A DNA stretch of 64,000 nucleotides from Epithemia pelagica (taxonomy: Eukaryota; Protista; Bacillariophyta). The stretch is taken from positions 1,736,001 through 1,800,000 of the forward strand of contig OX337232.1 of assembly GCA_946965045.2 (NCBI GenBank), in the 5' to 3' direction. Made by a program: the position numbers and the translations under genes. The notes beneath the pieces were generated by a model that had not been told where the DNA came from, searched no databases, and saw nothing but the letters and a program-made list of their open reading frames with translations. The stretch's first letter is position 1, and each line of letters begins with the position of its first letter. Shown here one piece after another: positions 31,681 through 40,670 of the stretch.

Positions 31681-34199
31681 GGACACCCGTCATTTTGGTT
31701 CCTCAAGGATGACTTTAGCTACCCTACTATTGGGTAGCTAGAGCTGATCGCTAATTTCGCGAGGGCTAGCTATATTTATGTACAGTAGGGTTCGAGTTAA
31801 ATACCCGTGTTCAAGACCAAACGAGTTGTTAATTATTCTTATATCCGGTATGTACTGGTCAGAAGATTTTGTGGATCTACGTCTATCCTACGTAGCCCAG
31901 TACCAGAAGCCTGGTCATTTCTGGTCAATTTGGTCATTTCTGGTCAATTTTAGACGAGGCATGGCGTGCGCGGGCACGGACACTCAGGCATAAAAGTGAC
32001 TGTCGCACGACAACGTGAGCCGATCAGACCATCTCGCCGAGCCCCACCCCATAAACAAGAACCCAAAATGCTCTCTCTCGATTCTCAATTGTCTCATTTT
32101 TCCCGAAGAATTAAGAAAGCAAACCCTGGGGATGGATCCAATACATGCAACAATCAAACAAAGCTGTCAACACTACTTTATAAGGTAGAAAATGAGGACA
32201 TCCTGTTACAAAGGATCCTGCATCCTGCATGGAAAAGCGAAAACTCTTGACCATCTATTCTACTTGGGATTGTAGCCTCTCGGCTTGGCTACCTACAAAA
32301 GATGGGCTAAGGTAGATCGTCACAGTTCATGCAATAAAATATGGATCCATCCATGTCCACAACAAGCTGGAATGTGTGAATTGGAAACTGGTAGCTTTTC
32401 CCTTTCCACTTTCCAATCAATAGATATAGCTAATGTTACTGGTCGTCTCTAGCTAGGAGTACCTAGCTAGTTTATCCCTTTCCTAGCTAGATGAGCCTAC
32501 CTAGGTAGTATAGGTAGCGATCCTGAGTCCCGTATCGTAGTACGGGAGTATACATACTCGTACTCGTAGGGGTCAGAGTCAGAATGGTTGGGACGGGATC
32601 CCAATCCCATCGGGCGTGGGGTGGGGGGTGCTGATTTTAGATCGGCTTAAATAAAATCCCGCCTACGCGGAAAATGTCGGCGCGCTCTATAAGGGCCTCT
32701 CCGACTCTAACCTAAAACCTTCGGTATCAGTGTCCACTGCTTAGCTGTTGTTTGTCTGTGCCATCTTCAAAGGTTCCCAAGTGGACACAGACAGCATTTT
32801 TCGTTTTTCGTCTGTCTGTCTAACCATTAAAATTCCTCAGGGTTGAAGCAAGGCCAGCGTGCAAGTGACAGTTGACGGTTGGTGGTTGTCCTCGCCGGGT
32901 CACCACGATTCAAATTTGGGCATCCATCATCATCTCGACACCTGTCACAAAAACCCAAAACCGAGCCAAATGCTTGACCATGACGGGGGTGAGGTGAGAA
33001 CAATGGATGGATCATGCTGGACTGAACCGTTTCTCTCTATTGCTGCTTATTACTTATCTTGTGGTCTCTTTTCCCTTTTTCTCACGCATCACTGCTGCAG
33101 CTGTCTTTCCTATTGTTCTTGCATGATCCTTTACTTTTGTCTCATTTCGTACGAGTAGATGACAAGCCGCCAGATGTCAACTGGAATATCTTTTCCTTGT
33201 CGTAATCGTTTGTTGTTTGATTGTTTTTTGGCTACTGTCATATGCTCTATAGGATAGATTATTCTCTCTTCTCTCTCATCATAGCGTCATTCTCAATCAT
33301 TTCTCAACGATGTTGTTTTTGCATCAAATAGATGGGAAGCCATCTTGCCACACCCTACTGACCAATTATCATATCCTACCTAGGTAGGCGACACAAAGTG
33401 AGCGGTACAAGCTTGTGAGAGCTGTTCTGTTGTGTTTTCATAGCAAAACTGAGGGCCGTCGTCGTGCTCAAAACAAAGAACAGAGCTCCAACGAATTCAG
33501 AAGGCTCAAAAGTCTCATGGATGACAAGCACTGGCGTTATACTACTAGTAAATAAACAAAAGAAGGTCCAGAGTATAGAGTATGTATTTTAATGCAATCA
33601 AAGTTATGGGGCTCAGCAAAAACCAGTCATTTCTGTTCGACAAGAATGAACAATGGCAAGTAATGAGCTGCCCAGCGACTAAACAGATGAGTAGCGTCTC
33701 ACACGAGCAGAGCAAACAAAAGTGGCAAGTGGCAGTGAGCATGACTGATGTCATTGACAACATGGCAATTGGCAATGGATCAAGCTCACCTGGAAAGCCA
33801 GTAACATTCGTAAGTACCTACCTAGTAAGTACGATGTGCTTTGGCAAAAGAAAAGAGAATTGTGAGCCTGCCCCGAATTATGCAACAACCAACCGTCATC
33901 CACGCAGGGGACGCTTGTTGGGCTTGCGTCCGCTTCAAACGTCGAAAAATTCAGCTGGGCATGCGTGCCAATTTGCAATTTGATAATTTCTATTTGCATC
34001 AAAAGCGAAAAATGCTGTCTGTGTCCACTTGGGAACCTGTGAAGGTGGCACAGACAAAAAACAGCTAAGCAGTGGACACTGATACCGAGGGAAAAATTGA
34101 CCAGAAGTGACCATCGCCAGAACAGGATCTTCTTTTCTATGTCGCATTTGAGTCTCGTATTATGATGATCGCTAAATAATCTTTCCAGTTTGAGTCGTG

Positions 34200-34350
34200 T
34201 TGGTGTCCACTTGTTTCGCTGGTTTCGACTTGGTGTCCACTTGGTGTTCACTTGGTGTCCACTTGTGTCCACTGGTTTCGACTTGGTGTCCACTGGTTTC
34301 GATTGTGGTTTCGAGTTGGTTTCAAGTTGGTTTCGAGTTGGTTGCGACTT
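34200..34350 (+). repeat. ~11-bp minisatellite array 1 (TTGGTGTCCAC / TTGGTTTCGAC units)
   Basis: About 14 degenerate units; block 34249-34323 is identical to 35565-35639. Confidence 0.9.
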
Positions 34351-35512
34351 GCGACCCCTCTACAAACTTCGAACGCAATAATCAACCATCTCGCGCAATC
34401 GCCTCTGGCGACAAGAGGAGTGGTAAAAGCAAGTGAGAGGGTGCTTTGTTTGGTAGGAGGCTACGCTCTGGCGACAACAAGAGGAGTGGTAAAAGCGATG
34501 AACGCCAGACAGCATACAAAGTCTTGGTCATATGTCGGAGTGGGACAAGCAGAGTGTGTGCACTAGGTAGATGTAGATGTCCTGTAATACTATAGTAGAG
34601 CAACTCCGTTTGAATGAAACACACATTCCCAAAAACCACAACTCTAAATTGTATCAGCTGCCCATGTATTCGTAAAACCAGACAAGGATTCCAAGATGGG
34701 TCATGTGGACCTACCCCCGGAGCATTTTTGTGTGCGTGTGCAAACCTTTGGTCTCCCAAACGACGTTGGAAGTTCCGAACAAATCAACCATAAAAACTAC
34801 TCCTAACAGACACAGGAAGAAGACTGACAAGACAAGAAAGAAACGATCTACGGTTCGTGTGATATCGGTCGAAATAGAAAAAAAGAAACTCATTCTTATC
34901 CTCTTACAAATCTTGGCAGACCAAACCAAAGTAAGTGGTAGAGACAAGTGGTATATCTACATCCGCTCCGCGGAGTGGGGAGGCACGAGGAGGGGCTATT
35001 GACTCCGAGAAGGGCAATAGCTCCGAGAAGTGGACCGCCTTCTAAATCCGCGTCAGCGGATTTGGCGGTCCATGACGAGGAGCTATTGCCCGCCGAGGAG
35101 TCAATAGCCCCGACAAGTGCCCCCACGACCAGGAGTGGATGTCGCTTGCTTCTATAACCTCCGAGTCCCCCCTAATTAACTGTCACACTTTTTTCCCAGG
35201 ACTGTTTTTTTTGCTCCGCACTAGCTTTTTTAGCTCCGCACTTGCTCGCTTATGAGAGCGCGGCCGTCGTGGGCAATATAAGGCTATATTAGACGAGTAG
35301 ATTTTGATTCCTGTTGCTCTGAATAACAGACTATTCATGAACGGGACGTTTGCTAATTCTGTGGAAGCTTTTCTTGTAAAACTTGGAGCGGTGCGCAGCC
35401 GGAACAACGTCCATGTTGTGGAGAAGACCACCCGGCTCGAGCTCGAGGTCTCTCACGACTCACGAGGATGGCTCGTGCTGCAATAACACGCCAATCAACC
35501 CATACAATACTC

Positions 35513-35664
35513 TTGGTGTCCACTTGGTTTCGACTTGGTTTTGACTTGGCGTCCACTTGGTGTCCACTTGGTGTCCACTTGTGTCCACTGGTTTCGACTT
35601 GGTGTCCACTGGTTTCGATTGTGGTTTCGAGTTGGTTTCGAAGTGGTTTCGACTTGGTTTCGAC
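35513..35664 (+). repeat. ~11-bp minisatellite array 2
   Basis: Same two unit types and orientation as array 1. Confidence 0.9.
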
Positions 35665-35922
35665 GTTACCTCGGATTCACACGTGCTTAGGCCTTGCGGA
35701 CTCGGAAACATTTATTGTATAAACCCTAATTTAACGGTAAAATTCAATTTTGATCTTATTTCAAGATCAAAACTCTTAAATATAATAAAGTCAACGGAAA
35801 TTTTTGGTAAGTACTGCACTTATTTTGCTGTAGTCGATCGCTAAATTCACACTGTACCACTCGACAAGACTACCACGAAAGCGGAAAAGTCCATGTCGCC
35901 ACCAAAGTAGCGGGTGTCCCAG

Positions 35923-35944
35923 AAGGAACCAAGATGGCTCCCAC
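35923..35944 (-). repeat. Repeat B2, proximal part
   Basis: AAGGAACCAAGATGGCTCCCAC is identical to B1 36265-36286. Confidence 0.9.
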
Positions 35945-35972
35945 GGGCGGGAAAAGGGAATTTTTTTTTATC

Positions 35973-36139
35973 GTCTTAGTCTATCTATCTGTGTAGACTT
36001 CTCAAGATGGCAGTTGCAATGCTCGCAATCTCAAGAATTGTGAGCATGGACATCGCATCAAAGATGTCCAAGTCCGGTGGGGCTTGTCGTAGTCTATGTG
36101 CGATCAACTGCCCCGCTCCAACGTACGCACGACAGACAC
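35973..36139 (-). repeat. Split direct repeat A2
   Basis: 167 bp with 1 mismatch to A1; abuts B1 at 36139/36140. Confidence 0.97.
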
Positions 36140-36286
36140 CGCGGGGATCGACCCAGCGAACACATCCTGCAGGTTGGAGCGGTCTGTGTTGTTGCGAGGT
36201 CGTCACAGTAGCTAGTAGGAGAGAGTGCTAGGATGTAGACACACACGTTTGCCGAAAGGCCCAGAAGGAACCAAGATGGCTCCCAC
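36140..36286 (-). repeat. Split direct repeat B1
   Basis: 147 bp; its counterpart B2 is split by the TIR element. Confidence 0.93.
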
Positions 36287-36340
36287 CAACATTGAAGAAG
36301 AAGGCATCTCGGAAGTGTCAGGCTCATTTGGATCTTGTTC

Positions 36341-37650
36341 TCAAAACTCCAGATTCAACTGCGTCAAAAAGGTTCCGAATGCAACGGAGCCATTGAACTT
36401 GATTTCCTCAGGAGACTCGATTGCTGCTTCGATGTTGGATTGGATAGCGTCGATGTCACCTTGATCCATTGTTGTTTGGTTGGTCGGGTCGACGTGGCGA
36501 GAGTCCGGATTTGTTAGCATGGCTGTTGACATTCCGGCCGTCCATTCCATCACCTGTGGACGGATGTACCGGAGAAAGGCTGCCGACGACCATCTGCCAA
36601 GAATCATGATTTTCAAGACCGAAGTGTGGGCGAGAAAGAGCGCCATTGCTGCTCCTGAGCGGAGAGAATGGGTGCCGATTCCATCGGTCGGTACCCGAAC
36701 ATCGCTTGGCCACCACCTGTTGTGCAAGAGGAGCGAAGGAGTCTTATGGTGTCTTCCGCGCGGATGTATCTCGGTTTTGGTTGCGTGTTGGTTGACAGTT
36801 GTTGCGGGTCGAACCAACAATTAACCGGCGTTGTTGGGGGCGCTTCCGGCCTGTAATGGAGGATGCGACGGACGATGCGTCCCCACAGTCGAAAGGGACA
36901 CAGGATTGGGTCGGCTGTGCGGCTTTGGGTGCGAGTTTCGTATTTCTTGTCAGATTTTTGTTGCGTGAACGTGATGGAGGCGAAGAAGGCTTGTTCGGTG
37001 AAGTCGGGGTCGGTTGGTTTGATTTTGGATCGCAACTCGTCGTTGCGTTTGAAGCAGATGTTGCCGATCGTCAACAATTTTGTTTTTCCTCGTTGTTTCA
37101 CGGTGGAGTATTCACAACTTCGCATGGCGAAGAAGTATCCGGCCAGGGCGAGATCCGCGATGCAGGCTTCGAATGTGGAGAGGTCGATGTCGCCGTGGAT
37201 CCTTGTCGCAAACTCCCACATGAAGCGGAGGTGGCGTGGTGTGATCGCTTTTTGTCTCTTTTTGTCAGGGTCTATTTGAGCCCATGCTTTTTTCAGTGAT
37301 TCAATAATTGGGTGGTACCGGTTGCATCCCGGGACGTGGCAGGGGCTCGGCCGGTCGTTATACCGGAAGCGCGATGCCACGTTGCTAAGGGCCTTCTCGA
37401 GAGTTGTTGCTTGAAGAGGGTCCTTAGCCCCTCTTGTGAAAGCTCCATCTCGAAGTCTTTGCAAGAAGGTGCCGATGATCTGCGATCGCGTTCGAAGGGT
37501 CTTGATGCCGTCCAAAAAGGGGCCGTGTTGGAGTCGGAACAATTCGAGGTGCTCGCGCCATCGTTTCCATGTGCGGTCAACGGCTTCATTGGACGACTCG
37601 ACTCGTCCAAAGAAAATTCTCGCAGCAGCGGTGCGACGGATGAGATCCAT
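36341..37650 (-). pseudogene. Tyrosine recombinase of the retrotransposon, frameshifted near 36685
   Basis: YFFAMRSCEY (R) and QQKSDK (K) lie in one frame; GTHSLRSGAA (HxxR), LGRWSS and FLRYIR (Y) lie in the -1 frame. Confidence 0.9.
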
Positions 37651-40073
37651 GATTGCACTTCGCTGGGCAGGGGGCAAATCTGGAAGTTCTTGGGAATCTG
37701 TGAAGGGTACAAGTCGTGGATACGACGGGTTAGATCTTTATCGCAACAATCAAACGTTCGGGAAAGAAGGTCAGTGACAACATTTGCTTTTCCTGGAATG
37801 TGCACAGGATGCAACAGAAAGTCGTATTGAAGAACTAACTCCGTCAGTTTTTCAGAAACCCGTTGGTGGTTTGGCTTGTTGGAGCCAAAGGATGACTTGT
37901 GCATCCATCCGGTCGCCGAGCTGCTGTCCGAAAGTCCCAGGACACATGATTCGGATGTGATGGCGCCGTCGCAACAATCAACCCAGATCGTGACGACCTG
38001 GCAAAGGAACTCGAATAGGTTGTTCGAGAGTTTCAGGTCTGGGTCTTGGCCCAGTTCGTCTTGTTCCATTTCGGATTGGTTGGCCGCGAGGGCATAGATC
38101 TCGGGGTCTAATGGCACGTGCCAAGCTTTCCCGGTACGTATTGAGAATCCGCCCATGCCGTATGGGCATGAGTCCGCAATTACGACATTTGCTGGTTGGC
38201 GGCATGTCAACAGGTTGAGACTGACTCCTTTGTGTGCTTTCGCTAGGAGTTTCGACCATATGCGGAGATCTTGCTTGATGGCCTTTGGGATTCGGTATCT
38301 GAACCAAGGCTTCGGTCGATCTTGGTTCTTGGCTGACGGTGTGTCACGGGTCTCCTTGTTTTGTTGTTGCGATTTGCCGTACTTGAGTCGGTGTTTTCTC
38401 AAAATGTGTTCTTTTAGCTCTTGTGTTCGCTTTGTGTGGTAAAGTGCTAGGGGGATGCCTTTGCAGGCATGGATCATCTTTCCCAACATCGATTCGAGCT
38501 CCTTGAAAGTAACATAAACTCGTTTCGAGTCAATCCACGCTTCAATCTCGCGCAACCAACAGGTAAACTTGTCAAAGGGTAAACGCATCAACAATCTACG
38601 TGTGTCGATGATCCAGCCAAGCACTCGCATTTCTTGGGATGGAGCTCCTTCGGCTTTCATTTTGTCCTCGGCCAGGATATCGTTACGGTCGATTGGTTTG
38701 AAGGGTGAGGTTGGCCGAACAAGGAGGTGGAGGACCAGTGGCACGATGCCTGGTGCCCGGTCGATGTATTCTTGACAATCAACGAAGAGTTGTATCATGT
38801 CGTCGATATAGACGTCGTGATGTCCTTGGGGTCTTGGTTCAACGTCGACTGCCATTGGTTTTCCAGCGTGAAAAGGATCATCCATGCGTTTGATTTCCCC
38901 CATCAAGTCCTGAAGCGGTGAGCGACAAACCGAGGTGTCCCACTCGTCCAAATCTGCAACATCGTTGCAGAGGTCGCAGGATGCCTCGGAATAGACGCTG
39001 AACATCGCCGGATGTGGGCGGCCGCCGAAGGTAAGTCGAGTAAGGAGGTTTGCAAATTCTCCACTCACATCTGTTGTAATCGTATTCGCGACTAGGATAC
39101 CGTCGCCGTTGATGCGACGGTATGCGGAGCCCCAGTCGAACTTGCAAACAAGGATGCGCTTGTTGGGGAATTTTAGTCTCAAAGCAACAATCTGGTGGAT
39201 GATCCTATCGAGACACCACCCAAATACCAAATCAATCAACTCAGATTCGTCGCTTAAGTCGTTCAGAGACGGTGCGAAGCCGAGAGAGAAAGATTGATCA
39301 TGGGCTAAGCGGTCCTTGATCACAATGTTGCCATGCTCATCAATACCTGCGTGTTGAGCAACACCGAGTGGTCCGGCTCTGCCTTGTTGGATCTGGCGAG
39401 CACAATCAAACGAAATAGGGAACGAGTATCCAAACTTGGTATCCTTCTTGCAAACCTTGATAAGGGCCTCGGGGCGGCGTCTGGCTGAAGCGTGGTTTCC
39501 ATAAGCGAGGATGGCGTCATTCTCGAATTGGCGGTTGATGTCAGGTGGTAGTGGCTTGAAGTCGTAACTTGCACCGTTTCGTAATGTGTCCTGGATGCGC
39601 TCCCAGAAGGGGTGGTGACGTAGAAGTTGGGAAATGGAGCTTAGCGGTCGGAATTCGGATCCAGGACTGATTGTTGTGCCTGGATAAGCGTCGAACAACT
39701 TCTGGAGGTCAAAGTCAAAACTTTTAATAAGGTCTGAATTGAATTTTGCCGCTTCTGCAGATGTCTCATGTTGGAATGGCGACGGGAGTGGAGCTGGGAC
39801 GACTTCTTTACTGATGGCCAAGATGGTGTCAATCTTGTGGGTATGGGTTGGATTAGCTAGTTGTGGGCGCCGTATCTTATTCGTAAAGATTAGCGATGGG
39901 TTGTTTGGTAGATAGTTCTTGCCTCCTTGAAAGTCAACAAGGGAGGGGTTGTCGTGGTTGATGGTAGATAGAGTAGAGGGACAAACAGGGTCAGACTCAC
40001 CTAGCGTAGATTCTCCTAATTCAATCTCTGATTCGAGTCTGGTAAGATTCCGTTGGAGGGATTTACCAGTCAA
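37293..40073 (-). CDS. Pol: reverse transcriptase + RNase H (DIRS/Ngaro type); frame open from 40184, no early ATG
   Basis: FDWGSAYRRI, LTFGGRPHP and VYIDDMI (RT). IADSCPYGMGG, LFEFLCQ, LSDSSSA and ANVVTDLLSR (RNase H D-E-D-D). The 3' end overlaps the YR ORF. Confidence 0.95.
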   Translation of the reverse strand: MTGKSLQRNLTRLESEIELGESTLGESDPVCPSTLSTINHDNPSLVDFQGGKNYLPNNPSLIFTNKIRRPQLANPTHTHKIDTILAISKEVVPAPLPSPFQHETSAEAAKFNSDLIKSFDFDLQKLFDAYPGTTISPGSEFRPLSSISQLLRHHPFWERIQDTLRNGASYDFKPLPPDINRQFENDAILAYGNHASARRRPEALIKVCKKDTKFGYSFPISFDCARQIQQGRAGPLGVAQHAGIDEHGNIVIKDRLAHDQSFSLGFAPSLNDLSDESELIDLVFGWCLDRIIHQIVALRLKFPNKRILVCKFDWGSAYRRINGDGILVANTITTDVSGEFANLLTRLTFGGRPHPAMFSVYSEASCDLCNDVADLDEWDTSVCRSPLQDLMGEIKRMDDPFHAGKPMAVDVEPRPQGHHDVYIDDMIQLFVDCQEYIDRAPGIVPLVLHLLVRPTSPFKPIDRNDILAEDKMKAEGAPSQEMRVLGWIIDTRRLLMRLPFDKFTCWLREIEAWIDSKRVYVTFKELESMLGKMIHACKGIPLALYHTKRTQELKEHILRKHRLKYGKSQQQNKETRDTPSAKNQDRPKPWFRYRIPKAIKQDLRIWSKLLAKAHKGVSLNLLTCRQPANVVIADSCPYGMGGFSIRTGKAWHVPLDPEIYALAANQSEMEQDELGQDPDLKLSNNLFEFLCQVVTIWVDCCDGAITSESCVLGLSDSSSATGWMHKSSFGSNKPNHQRVSEKLTELVLQYDFLLHPVHIPGKANVVTDLLSRTFDCCDKDLTRRIHDLYPSQIPKNFQICPLPSEVQSWISSVAPLLREFSLDESSRPMKPLTAHGNDGASTSNCSDSNTAPFWTASRPFERDRRSSAPSCKDFEMELSQEGLRTLFKQQLSRRPLATWHRASGITTGRAPATSRDATGTTQLLNH

Positions 40074-40651
40074 ATGATAGGGGAAGGAGAGCCAAACGAT
40101 CGCGGTTTGCCAAAAAGGATTTGAGATTGTGGGTCGGGGGTTAGTAGAACATCGCCTTGCTCGTGGTTCCGAGTTGAAGCTTCTTCAACGTTCCGAATGA
40201 ATGTCGCACTTGCTGGTGAGGAAGAATGGCTTGTAGACGGGGTCGGGCATTGAGAACTCTGGTGCTCATCCTTGGGGGAACGTAATATCGGTTGGGTCGT
40301 ACAGTCAGTCTTGGGGGAATGAGAATTCGCAACCGTCGATGCGGGCTTATGTTTATCGAAAATTTTGGTCTTGAAATTTTTCTGGAAACGGACCGTCGGT
40401 TCAGATGGGGCTGGCGACGGTCGTAAGATCTTTTCTTTCACATCAGCAGAAGAGATTCGGCGTTCATCAGAAAAGACTTGGGGAATCAACGGAGTTGGAG
40501 TTCTTGGAACTTGGAAAGGAATGTCACTTGGATCTGGTGGGATCGTAATCGGTTGTCTTCGTGTGATTGGTGGTGATGGAGGGTAGAGAGATGAGAAGTA
40601 AGAGGAACCGTTTTTTTCTAGAAGAAGGGAATACGCTGTTACCCGAATCAT
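40070..40651 (-). CDS. Extra Pro/Ser/Thr-rich ORF between gag and pol (possible N-terminus of Pol)
   Basis: ATG 20 nt after the gag stop; 193 codons; overlaps the pol frame by ~115 nt with pol in the -1 frame. Confidence 0.5.
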   Translation of the reverse strand: MIRVTAYSLLLEKNGSSYFSSLYPPSPPITRRQPITIPPDPSDIPFQVPRTPTPLIPQVFSDERRISSADVKEKILRPSPAPSEPTVRFQKNFKTKIFDKHKPASTVANSHSPKTDCTTQPILRSPKDEHQSSQCPTPSTSHSSSPASATFIRNVEEASTRNHEQGDVLLTPDPQSQILFGKPRSFGSPSPII

Positions 40652-40670
40652 CAATCAACCCGGCAACTTG

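Larger units (their letters stand above)
31681..35919. mobile_element. 4,239-bp non-autonomous TIR DNA transposon, CAG target-site duplication (PIF/Harbinger/PHIS-like)
   Basis: Ends GGACACCCGTCATTTTGGT and (reverse-complement) GGACACCCGCTACTTTGGT, 16/19 identical. CAG at 31678-31680 and 35920-35922, where the intact B1 reads GGCCCAGAAGGAACC. No transposase ORF recognised. Confidence 0.88.

Noticed and set aside
34200-35664. Possible CRISPR array
   Set aside because: The units are contiguous degenerate 11-mers with no unique spacers, there are no cas genes, and the context is eukaryotic.
33545-35844. ORFs inside the TIR element (e.g. 33751-34293, 34190-34566, 35468-35722) as genes or transposase
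   Set aside because: They are mostly translations of the minisatellite (STWCPLV repeats) and have no DDE or Myb motifs.
35973-36286. Hammerhead ribozyme or retrozyme in the A/B repeats
   Set aside because: No CTGANGA…GAAA core with three stems on either strand.
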